A stretch of 64,000 nucleotides of DNA from Minisyncoccota bacterium (GCA_017991635.1 JAGOQE010000001.1:550-64549), one strand, 5' to 3'; counted from the stretch's first letter, positions 8,567 to 18,812 are shown. The notes: a model not told the origin generated them from the letters alone. Made by a program: numbers and translations.

Positions 8567-10006
8567 CTAGTATACCGCCTCTCCCGTGATACACGCTCCT
8601 GCTTTAAACAGTGTCTCTTCTCCACCTCTCGGCGCAGTGAAATGCATACCCACAGGGAGCGTTACACCTTCTCTATCCACACTACCCATAGGAACTGAAA
8701 TTGCAGGCATGCCTGTTAAGTTTGCGGTCACAGTGAAGACGTCTTCAAGATACATTGAAACTGGGTCTGATTTTTCACCAAACTTAAACGCTGGAGATGG
8801 AGTGGTCGGAAAAGCAATGACATCTACTGTTTCAAAAACAGCATTATACTCATTAACGAGAACTCCGCGTGCACGATCGGCTTTACGATAGTATGCGTCA
8901 ATATATCCAGAAGAGAGTACGTAGGTTCCAAGCAAAATACGTCTAGTAACTTCAGAGCCAAACCCTTCTGTACGAGATTCAATGTAGTCATTAAGGAGCG
9001 TGTCACTCTCTACATGGTGGCCGTATCGAACACCATCAAAACGAGCAAGATTAGCTGAGGCCTCTGCTGGCTGAATCACGTAGTACACAGGGAGTGCAAA
9101 CTTACTTGTAGGCAATGAAACATCAACAATGGTATGACCCTGCTCCTTAAGTAAAGCGATCGATTCATCAAAACGCATTTTAACGTCTTCATCGACACCG
9201 CTCTCAAGAAGGTGGAACGGTACACCAATAGTAAGCTTCTCTCCTACAGTGCGCACCGGGTATACAAAATCCTCTGGAATTGAAGTGGCGTCCTTGGTGT
9301 CGTGACCCTTAAGCGCATCATACAAAATCTTTGCATCAGCAACCGTCTTTGTGAGTGGACCAATTTGATCAAGAGAAGAGCCAAGCGCAATTAGTCCGTA
9401 CCTGGAAACTCTTCCATATGTTGGTTTGAGACCCACAAGCCCTGTATGTGCGGCGGGCTGTCTGATGGAACCGCCTGTGTCTGAACCAAGTGCGCCAAGT
9501 GCCATATGACCCGCGACACTTGCAGCTGAACCACCTGAGGAGCCACCAGGCACCCTTGAAACATCAAGAGGATTCTTGGTGGTGCCACACGCAGAATTTT
9601 CAGTAGAACTGCCCATAGCAAACTCATCCATATTGGTGCGACCAATAAAGAGTGCTCCCGCCTCCTTAAGCTTCTTGGTCACGGTTGCGTCATACACCGC
9701 TTCATAGTTCTCAAGCATTTTTGATGACGCGCTCGCAATATGTCCCTTAATTAAAATGTTGTCCTTCATTGCAAGCGGAATACCGCACAGCGCAGGCGCA
9801 TTATCTTTCTCGGAATCTATTCTTTTCTGTGCAGTAGAAATAGCCTCTTCATCTCTATTAAAAAATTCTAGATACGCATTAATTTCACCATTACGCTCTT
9901 TAGCGTGAGCGACTACAGCATCATATAGTTCCGACACAGTGCACTCGCCCGCTCGAAGGGCGCGACCAGCATCCGTTATAGAAAGCTCGTAAAGAGGTTT
10001 AGTCAT
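8567..10006 (-). CDS. gatA: Glu-tRNA(Gln)/Asp-tRNA(Asn) amidotransferase subunit A
   Basis: 479 aa. Amidase signature GGSSGGSAA with the Ser-cisSer-Lys family context. Immediately downstream of gatC. Confidence 0.9.
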   Translation of the reverse strand: MTKPLYELSITDAGRALRAGECTVSELYDAVVAHAKERNGEINAYLEFFNRDEEAISTAQKRIDSEKDNAPALCGIPLAMKDNILIKGHIASASSKMLENYEAVYDATVTKKLKEAGALFIGRTNMDEFAMGSSTENSACGTTKNPLDVSRVPGGSSGGSAASVAGHMALGALGSDTGGSIRQPAAHTGLVGLKPTYGRVSRYGLIALGSSLDQIGPLTKTVADAKILYDALKGHDTKDATSIPEDFVYPVRTVGEKLTIGVPFHLLESGVDEDVKMRFDESIALLKEQGHTIVDVSLPTSKFALPVYYVIQPAEASANLARFDGVRYGHHVESDTLLNDYIESRTEGFGSEVTRRILLGTYVLSSGYIDAYYRKADRARGVLVNEYNAVFETVDVIAFPTTPSPAFKFGEKSDPVSMYLEDVFTVTANLTGMPAISVPMGSVDREGVTLPVGMHFTAPRGGEETLFKAGACITGEAVY

Positions 10007-10286
10007 GAGAAATAATCTTCTTTACTGAAAGTTGATTTCCTTTCTTCTTTGGAAAACCAGCGACGATATCCTTAGTATATGTCTCTGGAGCAATCGTTAC
10101 GACATCATCACGAAAGACGTTCGTATACGGGAGAAAAGGTGTTCCCTTTGGAGCCGTCAGCGCTTCAATCTGCCCCACATAGGCAAGTACCTGGTCGAAT
10201 TCAGACACAAGTGTATCAAGACGCTCTTCCGGCACGCGAAGTCTAGCGAGTGCGGCAAGCTTCAGTACTTCTTCCTTACGGGTCAT
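9999..10286 (-). CDS. gatC: Glu-tRNA(Gln)/Asp-tRNA(Asn) amidotransferase subunit C
   Basis: 95 aa. N-terminus MTRKEEVLKLAALARLRVPEERLDTLVSEFDQVL... is the typical GatC helix. Overlaps the gatA start by 8 nt. Confidence 0.8.
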   Translation of the reverse strand: MTRKEEVLKLAALARLRVPEERLDTLVSEFDQVLAYVGQIEALTAPKGTPFLPYTNVFRDDVVTIAPETYTKDIVAGFPKKKGNQLSVKKIISHD

Positions 10287-10298
10287 GGCGCTACTGTA

Positions 10299-12314
10299 TC
10301 ACATCGAGAGACGTAATAAGAATTCCTCCTCATCAATAACCGGAATACCGAGACGTTCAGCCTCAGAGAGCTTAGAGCCTGCCTCGGTGCCCGCTACGAC
10401 AAAACTGGTCTTTGAAGAGACTGAAGACTGCACACTTCCCCCGGCCGTACGTATACGTTCTTCTGCCTCACTGCGTGAGAGCGTAGGTAACGTTCCAGTA
10501 ACCACCACCTTACGCCCTTGAAGTGGGCCGCCTGAAACGTCTTCACTAGTGGTGACCGTCAGATATGTCTCGAGTCTCTTCAGTAATTCCTTATGAGCAG
10601 GAGTCCTAAACCAGTCATACACAGAGCGAGCCACCACCTCTCCAACTTGCGGTATAGCAATAAGTGTCTCTAGAGAGGCGTGTTTGAGTTCATCCAGACC
10701 GCCTGTAGCACGAGCCAACAATCGTGCCATTTCTTCTCCAACGTGCAAAATTGACAATCCAACAAGCAACCGATCAAGCGAAACGTGTCTTCTTTGCTCG
10801 AGCGCACGCAACAAATTATCGGCGGACTTCTCTTTGAAACCCGGAAGCTCTAGTAGCTCATCACGCGTCAAAGTAAACAAATCATCAAAGTCAGACACGA
10901 GCTTGTGCTCCATTAGTAACTCAACGGTCTTTCCGCCAAGACCAGGGATATCAAGTGCGTGCTTCCCCGCGAAGTGTGCAATTTTCCGCACCTGTTCGTG
11001 AACCGAACCTCCGACACGACAGCGATATGCTGACTGACCAGGAACTCGCTCCGTACCCCCATCACCCCCACACAACGGTGAAAACTTTGGAAAGTTCCAG
11101 ACAGTGGTCTTTGCGGGGCGAAACTCTTTAAGGACGGAAACAATTTCAGGAATAATATCACCTGCCTTTTGTAAGATAACGGTGTCCCCGATACGGATAT
11201 CCTTCTCCTTTATAAAATCTTCGTTATGGAGCGTAGCGCGTGCGACGACTGTTCCTGCAACAGCAACTGGACGAAGCTTCGCAACTGGCGTGAGCACTCC
11301 TGTCCGTCCGACTTGAAGGGTAATGTCTTCAATCACGGTGTGCACTTGTTCTGCGGGAAATTTTAGTGCTATTGAAAATCGAGGCCCTTTCCCCGTATAT
11401 CCAAGCATCTCTTGATAGGACCGTTCTTCTACCTTGATTACGACACCATCAATTTGATAGTCTACCGATTCACGCTTCTTTCCTTGCCATGTTTGCCAAA
11501 ATTCAAAAATGTCATCAATAGAGGCATCTCGTAGCGCGTGCTCATTTACAGGAAAACCTAATTCCTTAAGCAAGGCCAATTCCCCTGACTGTGTTTGGGG
11601 AAGCGATTCACTCAATACGTCAATATCATAAAGTGAGATACGTAGCGGTCGCTCTTGCGCTACCGACGCGTCGAGCTGTCGTAGAGAACCAGAAGCCACA
11701 TTTCTTGGATTAGCAAATTCCTGCTCGCCACGTGCTCTTCGTTTTTCATTCAAAGTCTCAAGTCCGGAACGAGTCATATACACCTCTCCCTCAACCACGA
11801 TGTCGAGAGGTCGGGTAAGCATCTCGGGAATTCCTGTAATCGTTCGAACGGTATGAGTCACGTCTTCCCCCACACGGCCATCACCACGAGTTGCAGCAGT
11901 TACCAGTCGCCCATGAACATACGTGAGCACTATATGTAGTCCGTCAATTTTAAGCTCTGCTGAATATCGTGGAGAAACTTCGCAACTAAGCTCCTTCGCG
12001 AGAACCTTGCGTACTCGTTCATCGAAACGATGCACTTCATCTTCAGTAAACGCATCCTCCAACGACCACTGCGATACGGCATGCGTCACCTTTTTGAGAC
12101 CAGGCGTTAGCGTGCCGACAACAATCTGTGTTGGTGAATCTGGAGTGATGAGGCTTGGGTACGCCTCCTCCAAAAGCTTCAGCTCATGTTTTAAAGAGTC
12201 TAGAGCCTCGTCTGTAATAGAAATCTCTTCACCACCATGAAAGGCCTTACGATATGAAGTGATTGCGTCCCGTAGTGCTTTTGCTCGCTCTTGAATCTCT
12301 TGCGATGGCTCCAT
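10299..12314 (-). CDS. ligA: NAD-dependent DNA ligase
   Basis: 671 aa. Adenylation motif KIDGL (KxDG). OB-fold, Zn-finger, HhH and C-terminal BRCT-like segments in the expected order. Confidence 0.9.
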   Translation of the reverse strand: MEPSQEIQERAKALRDAITSYRKAFHGGEEISITDEALDSLKHELKLLEEAYPSLITPDSPTQIVVGTLTPGLKKVTHAVSQWSLEDAFTEDEVHRFDERVRKVLAKELSCEVSPRYSAELKIDGLHIVLTYVHGRLVTAATRGDGRVGEDVTHTVRTITGIPEMLTRPLDIVVEGEVYMTRSGLETLNEKRRARGEQEFANPRNVASGSLRQLDASVAQERPLRISLYDIDVLSESLPQTQSGELALLKELGFPVNEHALRDASIDDIFEFWQTWQGKKRESVDYQIDGVVIKVEERSYQEMLGYTGKGPRFSIALKFPAEQVHTVIEDITLQVGRTGVLTPVAKLRPVAVAGTVVARATLHNEDFIKEKDIRIGDTVILQKAGDIIPEIVSVLKEFRPAKTTVWNFPKFSPLCGGDGGTERVPGQSAYRCRVGGSVHEQVRKIAHFAGKHALDIPGLGGKTVELLMEHKLVSDFDDLFTLTRDELLELPGFKEKSADNLLRALEQRRHVSLDRLLVGLSILHVGEEMARLLARATGGLDELKHASLETLIAIPQVGEVVARSVYDWFRTPAHKELLKRLETYLTVTTSEDVSGGPLQGRKVVVTGTLPTLSRSEAEERIRTAGGSVQSSVSSKTSFVVAGTEAGSKLSEAERLGIPVIDEEEFLLRLSM

Positions 12315-12316
12315 TC

Positions 12317-12787
12317 CTAGTAGAATACCTTAAATCCGCGCTCAATGCGTCTTGGGTCATTCGCGTCACAACTACTGTACCCTGTGGCATAAATGGTCGT
12401 TGACGCCGTGCTCTGTTTGTATACTTGAATTAATGAATCAGTACCCGAGCCAGGGCATGTTACTGAAAAAGAAGTAGTACGTCTTCCGCTCGCTACCGTA
12501 GAGGAATATCCTGAAATTGCTCGTCCGTGACACGTAATACTTCCACTAGCGAGTGGGGTGGTGTAATTAAATGCATCAAGTTGCTGGTCGTAATAAAGTG
12601 CGCACTCCATGGCAGTGTCACTTACGTAAAATGCCTCTTGTGACTGCTTTGCAGTTCCAGCTAAGACCACTTGCTTATAGGCGATATCAAGAAGTGATAC
12701 GGCAAGCGTGAGCGACACCGCTGAAAGAATAACTGCGATCAAGAGTGCAAAACCTCTCTGAGGTGTGTGAGTAGGGGTAAAAATCAT
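12317..12787 (-). CDS. minor pilin / pseudopilin (prepilin-type N-terminal domain)
   Basis: Prepilin motif QRGFALLIAVIL. Start chosen at internal MIFTPTHTPQRG, which abuts the upstream gene stop at 12784. The track ORF extends to 12844. Confidence 0.55.
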   Translation of the reverse strand: MIFTPTHTPQRGFALLIAVILSAVSLTLAVSLLDIAYKQVVLAGTAKQSQEAFYVSDTAMECALYYDQQLDAFNYTTPLASGSITCHGRAISGYSSTVASGRRTTSFSVTCPGSGTDSLIQVYKQSTASTTIYATGYSSCDANDPRRIERGFKVFY

Positions 12788-13329
12788 AGCCAATTTGTTA
12801 TGACGTCTGTGACCGTGACCGTGTATGCAATATGATTTATCCACGTTACCGTTACAGTGACTTGAGTTTCGTTTACATTGATAGCAGTAAGCGTTACTGT
12901 TCGTTTGAACCGTGTGACCGTACCATTTGATGCTTGATTGTACAGTTTAGAAGAACTCACATAAAGCGCAGGCACGACTGCTGCTGAGGTATATCGCACC
13001 ACAGGAGTACTTGCACTTGGATCAATCGTACATTTATTTGTAGTGTAACAATTAGGAGTTCCTCCTGAACCATCTAGACCGTACATCCATGTCCGTGGAG
13101 TTGAAGGGTTTTTGTAATTATATAAATAATTACTATCACGCGCGGCGCGCACGTACTCTACTGCCTCCTGAGCAAGCGATGTCGCAATAAGCTCATCACG
13201 CGCGATAAAGGTTGCCTTCATGGCTTGTCGAACAGCATAAAATGGCGCAACAATAGCGAACACTAAAATTGTAATTGCGACCAAGGTCTCAATGAAGGTG
13301 AACCCGCGCTGTGGTTGGTGGTACATCAT
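12784..13329 (-). CDS. minor pilin / pseudopilin
   Basis: Leader MMYHQPQRG, then FTFIETLVAITILVFAIV: class III signal with G(-1), F(+1), E(+5). Confidence 0.65.
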   Translation of the reverse strand: MMYHQPQRGFTFIETLVAITILVFAIVAPFYAVRQAMKATFIARDELIATSLAQEAVEYVRAARDSNYLYNYKNPSTPRTWMYGLDGSGGTPNCYTTNKCTIDPSASTPVVRYTSAAVVPALYVSSSKLYNQASNGTVTRFKRTVTLTAINVNETQVTVTVTWINHIAYTVTVTDVITNWL

Positions 13330-13895
13330 AGGTCAATAAGTCTCTGCGTTGCCATTGTCTGTAGCGTAAACTGCACCGGCGCTGTCTTTGGATCTGGAAC
13401 GATGTACCCAGTCACAGTAATAAGCACCTGTGGTTGCAGTGTCGCATCGGCTCCGGCAGTCGCAACACCTCCTACGCCACGTACGTAGAAAGTCATGTTC
13501 TGAATCGTAATCCTTGGGTCTGTGAGCGCGAACGCATTTGAGGCAGTACACGGTGTCGTTGTACATTTTCCGATAGAACCATCAGTCTTTTTAAGGTACG
13601 TGACCGTACTTCCATTTTGATCCACAAAGGTAAATGTTCCCTGCCCTGTTGGCCAACAGTTTGCACCTCCCTGACCTCCACACTGAAAGTTAGTGCCGGT
13701 CCTTATGGAGCGGGTCATGCTCTCCATTGCAAACGTGAGGTTGTTGGTCACATCATTCGTACTTCTACTTTTTCTGTCTCCTGACACAAAGGCAAACAGT
13801 GCCCCTGTCGCAAGGACCATTACCAAACTAAAGATGGTGAGTGAAATCATCATCTCAAGCAACGTATATCCTCGATGTTGTGATGTGCGCATCAT
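13326..13895 (-). CDS. minor pilin / pseudopilin
   Basis: HRGYTLLEMMISLTIFSLVMV prepilin motif. Start trimmed to the internal MM before RTSQHRG, which abuts the upstream stop at 13892. The track ORF runs to 13970. Confidence 0.6.
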   Translation of the reverse strand: MMRTSQHRGYTLLEMMISLTIFSLVMVLATGALFAFVSGDRKSRSTNDVTNNLTFAMESMTRSIRTGTNFQCGGQGGANCWPTGQGTFTFVDQNGSTVTYLKKTDGSIGKCTTTPCTASNAFALTDPRITIQNMTFYVRGVGGVATAGADATLQPQVLITVTGYIVPDPKTAPVQFTLQTMATQRLIDL

Positions 13896-14602
13896 GGACA
13901 AGTTTGAAGACCCGTGGCAGGGCATGCAAGCGGTACTGAAATTTGACCAACCGTTGAAATCAAAACGCACTTTTCATTAGTTGAGCCCGGTGCCTTTACT
14001 CGTATTGTGGCGCATGAAAGTTTGACTGCAGTACCTGCTGAAGTACGTCCTGTAATTATTGTATCCGTATTCGGACGCATGAAGACAATGGAAACTGAAG
14101 AGAGATAGCCAGTACTTATACATCGCTTTGTAAGGCCCGTATCCGTACCACACACATCAGAGATTGTGTAGCCACGATTCAAGGTGTACGTCTTAACGTC
14201 TTCTGATGATCTGTCGTAAATACAATTACCTGGTTTAGCGTCTGGCGTTCCCACGGTACCTGTTAGACACCAGCCTGGTTTACTCGCCGTTGAGAGTACG
14301 TCTGAAAAAAGTTTATACGTACCCGCTGAACCGGTGAAGTACAGACCGTATCCTGCATTGTATGAGGTTGAAAAACGTCTACTAGAGAGACCGTACGATT
14401 GCGCTTCGCGTGCAGAAAGCGCAACCGTGTACGCAGTGTTAGTAAGCAAGAGCGTCTTATTAAAGTTAGTGTGACTAACCATCGTAATCGTTGTGATAAT
14501 GATGATTATCGCGAGCACCACCATAAGCTCGGCGAGAGAAAAACCTCTTAAGACACGCGATGAACGTATACGGGCTATGAGACGATTGAGAAAAGGTTCC
14601 AT
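13892..14602 (-). CDS. minor pilin / pseudopilin
   Basis: LRGFSLAELMVVLAIIIIITTI prepilin motif after a ~20-aa leader. Overlaps the 3' end of pilD. Confidence 0.6.
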   Translation of the reverse strand: MEPFLNRLIARIRSSRVLRGFSLAELMVVLAIIIIITTITMVSHTNFNKTLLLTNTAYTVALSAREAQSYGLSSRRFSTSYNAGYGLYFTGSAGTYKLFSDVLSTASKPGWCLTGTVGTPDAKPGNCIYDRSSEDVKTYTLNRGYTISDVCGTDTGLTKRCISTGYLSSVSIVFMRPNTDTIITGRTSAGTAVKLSCATIRVKAPGSTNEKCVLISTVGQISVPLACPATGLQTCP

Positions 14603-15324
14603 GAGAAAAAGAAGGCGAGCAAGTGCCCAAGGACGAGAAATGGCACAAACGGGACTTCTATACCCATTGTAGGTCCTCTACGCCTCACCAACAACACTGT
14701 GACGCCGTATAAGGCCCCTACCCAAAACGACACCACAAGCCCTGTGAGTGAATATGGAAACGTAAGCAGAGCGAGTGAGAACGCGATTGGTGCGTCCCCA
14801 AGTCCCATAGCCCTTCCCTTTGAACCTATGTGTAACGCAGTGAAGAAAAGAGTGATGCACCCGGCAAGAATAAGTGCACTACCGAAAAGAGGGCCGGCGC
14901 CAAGAGTTAGCCACGAAAAAAGTAGTGACACGAGAGCTAGACTCGTCGAAGCATAGACAGGTACTACCGTGTGTCGTAGGTCATACACCACAACAAAGGT
15001 GGCGATACAGAGCGCGATTAAAAACAATAGGGATGGCAACGTCGGCCCAAGGTGAACATACGTGAGAGCAAAAGCGATACCGAGCGTAAGCTCAATTAAC
15101 AGATAGGTAAAAGGGATTTTTGATTTACAGCGAAGGCACCTGCCCCGCGCAACGATCCATGTAAGTACAGGTACCAAATCAATACTTCGAAGTTCCTTGT
15201 TGCAGGAGTTACAACGTGACTTGCCTTTAATGAAAGACTGCCCTGTATGAATTCGTTCAGCCAGCACACAGATAAAACTACCAAGTATCGTGCCGAGCAC
15301 ACCAAACAAAATGCTGACGTACAT
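14575..15324 (-). CDS. pilD: prepilin peptidase (A24 family) with N-terminal Zn-binding CxxC...CxxC
   Basis: 249 aa polytopic. CNSCNKELRSIDLVPVLTWIVARGRCLRCKSKIPF matches the PilD tetracysteine region. Multiple TM helices. Confidence 0.85.
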   Translation of the reverse strand: MYVSILFGVLGTILGSFICVLAERIHTGQSFIKGKSRCNSCNKELRSIDLVPVLTWIVARGRCLRCKSKIPFTYLLIELTLGIAFALTYVHLGPTLPSLLFLIALCIATFVVVYDLRHTVVPVYASTSLALVSLLFSWLTLGAGPLFGSALILAGCITLFFTALHIGSKGRAMGLGDAPIAFSLALLTFPYSLTGLVVSFWVGALYGVTVLLVRRRGPTMGIEVPFVPFLVLGHLLAFFFSWNLFSIVS

Positions 15325-15327
15325 AGA

Positions 15328-15816
15328 CTATAAACAAGCGTAGGTAGAAAGTGCCTGCAATGAGGCAGTCTGCTTTCCCATGCCAGTACTATCAACGCAC
15401 CAAAACGCTCCCGTGGTAAGGCGGGACGAAATTGCCCATTTCCCATCAGCACCTGAGAGCGCTGTACAACGGTAATGAGTCCCTTCAATAGCACCGGTCA
15501 CTGCTGAAGTTGCTCCAGCAATGGCAGCGCTGATACGCTGATCTGCATACATACTACTTGCTGTCGCACAGGAACCTGCGGTGCCGCTGATATCAGCTGT
15601 TGCGTATTTGCTATTTACATCAAAATACAAAGCGGCTTGAGCATTAATGATAGAGAGGTTTGAACGAACAGAGGAATCGACACCCTTACTTCGAGCAGCA
15701 TTAAGTGAAGGCAAAATAACAGCAGAAAGAATACCGATAATAGCAATAACGACGAGAAGCTCGATGAGGGTGAAACCTCTAGTACCCTTAGTTCGTACTA
15801 CTGTTACTACGGACAT
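15328..15816 (-). CDS. type IV major pilin paralog 1
   Basis: [25 protein letters not shown]-terminal methylation motif. C-terminal WCVDSTG...YAC disulfide loop. Confidence 0.8.
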   Translation of the reverse strand: MSVVTVVRTKGTRGFTLIELLVVIAIIGILSAVILPSLNAARSKGVDSSVRSNLSIINAQAALYFDVNSKYATADISGTAGSCATASSMYADQRISAAIAGATSAVTGAIEGTHYRCTALSGADGKWAISSRLTTGAFWCVDSTGMGKQTASLQALSTYACL

Positions 15817-16292
15817 GTATAAATGTTTGTCGTAACTGGAATGGTTGCATTTGAATATCCCTTTCTTGAACCATCCGCATCAACACACCACCATCGTTGG
15901 CTTGTGTTTGTTCCAGTCAAACGTGCCACAATCAAAAACGAAGTGCCGTTCGCATTACAACGGTAGTGAGTATTTTCAGTTGCGCCTGTAATCGATGAGG
16001 TCGCTGCTGAAACCGCCTGCTTGATAGTTCCGTTCGTAAATATAGTACTTGCAGCACTACAAGAACCACCACTTGAACCATACCCATTGTTAGAGTCGTA
16101 ATAAATTGCGGCCTGTGTTTGCGCAGTGCCTAGATTGGCCTTGATTGCTGAGTCAGTACCTTTACTTCTTGCCGTATTAAGAGAGGAAAGCACCACAGCA
16201 GAAAGAATACCGATAATAGCAATAACGACGAGAAGCTCGATGAGGGTGAAACCGCGGAGTGATGACTTCATACATCTGATAGTACCGCGCAT
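15807..16292 (-). CDS. type IV major pilin paralog 2
   Basis: [25 protein letters not shown]-terminal WWCVDADG...YTCP. Overlaps paralog 1 start by 10 nt. Confidence 0.8.
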   Translation of the reverse strand: MRGTIRCMKSSLRGFTLIELLVVIAIIGILSAVVLSSLNTARSKGTDSAIKANLGTAQTQAAIYYDSNNGYGSSGGSCSAASTIFTNGTIKQAVSAATSSITGATENTHYRCNANGTSFLIVARLTGTNTSQRWWCVDADGSRKGYSNATIPVTTNIYTCP

Positions 16293-16324
16293 TTGACACG
16301 ATACAATGAACGCGTGTGGAAAAG

Positions 16325-16360
16325 AAAAGAACTCTTCTTGCGAAGAGTTCTTTTCAAACT
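16325..16360 (-). terminator. rho-independent terminator after pilin paralog 3 (part of a ~60-bp repeat)
   Basis: Hairpin gaactcttc-ttgc-gaagagttc flanked by A-run and T-run. The block 16319-16377 is near-identical to 16888-16950. Confidence 0.6.
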
Positions 16361-16377
16361 ACAAGACAAAGTCTATC

Positions 16378-16860
16378 TTACGGACAGGCGTATATCGTTG
16401 CCCCCTGAAGTGCAGTAGTCTGCTTTCCAACACCGGTGCTATCTACACACCAGAACTGACCTGAGGTCGTGAGACGAGATGAGATTGCCCAAGCGCCCGT
16501 TCCTCCTGAACTTGCTGTACAGCGATAGTTTGTACCTTCTGCTGACCCTGTAATGGCTGACGTGGCGGCTTCGATTGCGTTTCCAATTGTGGTGTCTGAA
16601 AACATACTTGTAGCTGCTGAACATGAAGACCCTGTGGTACCAATGTATTGGCCATTGGCGTCGTAATAGAGCGCAGATTGTGTTGCCACAGTTTTCAAGT
16701 TTGCCTTGATGGCTGCATCGGTTCCCTTGTTACGCGCAGTGTTAAGTGACGCGAGAACAACGGCCGAAAGAATACCGATAATAGCAATAACGACGAGAAG
16801 CTCGATGAGGGTGAAACCGCGGTGTGGTGAGGTCATGTCACTGATAATACCCCTAAACAC
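16378..16860 (-). CDS. type IV major pilin paralog 3
   Basis: [25 protein letters not shown]-terminal [25 protein letters not shown]. First ~40 and last ~45 codons are near-identical to paralog 4 at the DNA level; the centre is divergent. Confidence 0.8.
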   Translation of the reverse strand: MFRGIISDMTSPHRGFTLIELLVVIAIIGILSAVVLASLNTARNKGTDAAIKANLKTVATQSALYYDANGQYIGTTGSSCSAATSMFSDTTIGNAIEAATSAITGSAEGTNYRCTASSGGTGAWAISSRLTTSGQFWCVDSTGVGKQTTALQGATIYACP

Positions 16861-16893
16861 TCACATGATGGTCATTCCTGTGTGGAAAAGAAT

Positions 16894-16930
16894 AAAAGAA
16901 AAGAACTCTTCTTGCGAAGAGTTCTTTTCA
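16894..16930 (-). terminator. rho-independent terminator after pilin paralog 4 (second copy of the repeat)
   Basis: Same hairpin, gaactcttcttgcgaagagttc, with flanking A/T runs. Confidence 0.6.
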
Positions 16931-16951
16931 AACGACAAGAGAAAGTCTATC

Positions 16952-17434
16952 TTACGGACAAGCGTAGATTGAAGCTCCCTGAAGTGCAGTAGTCTGCTTT
17001 CCAACACCGGTGCTATCTACACACCAGAACTGACCTGAGGTCGTGAGACGAGATGAGATTGCCCAAGCGCCCGAACCGCCAGCACTCGCAGTACAACGGT
17101 AGTTTGTTGCTTCAGTAGCACCAGTGATTGCTGATGTTGCTGCCTTGATTGCATTACCAATCGTAGTGTCACTGAACATCGTTGATGCAGTGGCACAAGA
17201 ACCAGCGGCTCCAGCAACTGCTGCTCCCGCGTACTGACTGTTGGTGTCGTAGTAGAGCTCAGCCTGTGTCTGTACCGTTGCAAGGTTTGCCTTGATGGCT
17301 GCATCGGTTCCCTTGTTACGCGCAGTGTTAAGTGACGCGAGAACAACGGCCGAAAGGATACCGATAATAGCAATAACGACGAGAAGCTCGATGAGCGTAA
17401 AACCTCGTTGAGTGCTTTTTGGTGCAAGATTCAT
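16952..17434 (-). CDS. type IV major pilin paralog 4
   Basis: [25 protein letters not shown]-terminal [25 protein letters not shown]. Confidence 0.8.
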   Translation of the reverse strand: MNLAPKSTQRGFTLIELLVVIAIIGILSAVVLASLNTARNKGTDAAIKANLATVQTQAELYYDTNSQYAGAAVAGAAGSCATASTMFSDTTIGNAIKAATSAITGATEATNYRCTASAGGSGAWAISSRLTTSGQFWCVDSTGVGKQTTALQGASIYACP

Positions 17435-17539
17435 AATGTATATATCTAATTAAACGGCGGTTTTATGGATAATCTCCGCTACTGGCTATTGTACGAGACT
17501 TATAAGACCTATGTTTTCTGCTGTGTGGATAACATCCCT

Positions 17540-18763
17540 CTACCCTACCGCTCCTGCAAGGTTGTAAATTGGCACAAGCACTGAAGCCAGGAGTGAGCCC
17601 ACACCCAGACCCAAGATCACAATCATCATCGGTTCAATCAAATCAACCAGTGTATCAACGGCTGTTGAGGTCTCTCTCTGGTAAAACTTCGCAAGAGTAG
17701 AAAGAATTTCAGACAACTCTCCAGACTCCTCACCCACACGAATCATGGCAGTCATAATGCCTGGAATCTCTGGATGCTTACCGAGCGCATCAGAGATACT
17801 GCTCCCTCCTTTCACATCATTACTTGCTGTTTTAAGCACCTCTTCAAAAACAGGGCTACCGACGACCGCCGCAGTAATATCAACAGCCTCAACAACGTGC
17901 ACGCCTGACTTGAGCATGGTTGAGAAGTTGTCCGCGATTCTAGAAAGGTAAAGTTTTCTAAACAAGTCACCAATATACGGAACATCGAGCTTTAGCTTAT
18001 CAAAAGCGTACCCACCTCCTGTTGTTTGACCATAGCGATACAACACAAAACCACCCACAATAAATGCAATAACGATGAAGAAACCGTAATTGACCAAAAA
18101 TGCTGAGAGTCCGATAACTACCTTTGTATAAATAGGAACTTCCTGACCAGATTCAACTAAAATGGCACTAATTTTCGGAATCACCATGGTAAGCATGAGG
18201 CCCATCACGATGAAAAAGACACCGATAACAAAGGCAGGATAGATAAGTGCGTTCTGCGCTTTGTTCATCACTTCATACGTGCGATCAAGGTAGTCGGCCA
18301 AATATCCAAAAGTTTCCGAGAGCTTACCGGACTCCTCACCAGCGCGCACCATGTTTACGTAAAAAGGTGTGAATGCTTTCGGGTGTCTACCGAGCGCGTT
18401 ACTGATTGGACTTCCACCCTGCAAATCATCCGCGACTTGCGTCATGATTTCCTGCAGGTATTTATTATCCATCTCCGAAGCGAGAAGTCGGAAGATGCGA
18501 AGTGCTGACACTTGCGCCTCAAACAACGTAGCAATCTGACGCGAAAGGATAACAATATCCTTGTTAGAGACGCGCTTTAAAAAACCAAATTCAATATCGA
18601 GAACACTCTTTTTACTTGCTGGCTCAATTGAGGAAACGACGAGACCTCGACGCTGTAGCGTGCCGACAGCCACATCCATTGAAAGCGCGTCGATGGTACC
18701 GATTTTTTCTTGCCCAGTAGTATCAAGAGCTTTGTATGAGAAAAGCATAGATGTTTCGTACAC
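17540..18763 (-). CDS. pilC: type IV pilus inner-membrane platform protein (GspF/PilC family)
   Basis: 407 aa. Two repeated cytoplasmic domains each followed by TM segments. Matches GspF-family layout (...AGEESGKL... motif repeated). Confidence 0.85.
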   Translation of the reverse strand: MYETSMLFSYKALDTTGQEKIGTIDALSMDVAVGTLQRRGLVVSSIEPASKKSVLDIEFGFLKRVSNKDIVILSRQIATLFEAQVSALRIFRLLASEMDNKYLQEIMTQVADDLQGGSPISNALGRHPKAFTPFYVNMVRAGEESGKLSETFGYLADYLDRTYEVMNKAQNALIYPAFVIGVFFIVMGLMLTMVIPKISAILVESGQEVPIYTKVVIGLSAFLVNYGFFIVIAFIVGGFVLYRYGQTTGGGYAFDKLKLDVPYIGDLFRKLYLSRIADNFSTMLKSGVHVVEAVDITAAVVGSPVFEEVLKTASNDVKGGSSISDALGKHPEIPGIMTAMIRVGEESGELSEILSTLAKFYQRETSTAVDTLVDLIEPMMIVILGLGVGSLLASVLVPIYNLAGAVG

Positions 18764-18812
18764 TAACGATAGTCTGTTTCAGGTGAGCTGTCTACAGACA
18801 GACCTGTATAGA

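Noticed and set aside
16319-16950. Considered whether the repeated approximately 60-bp blocks with palindromes between pilin genes were a CRISPR-like array
   Set aside because: There are only two copies. Each is a classic terminator hairpin with A/T flanks, spaced by a full pilin gene. There are no short regular spacers and no cas genes.
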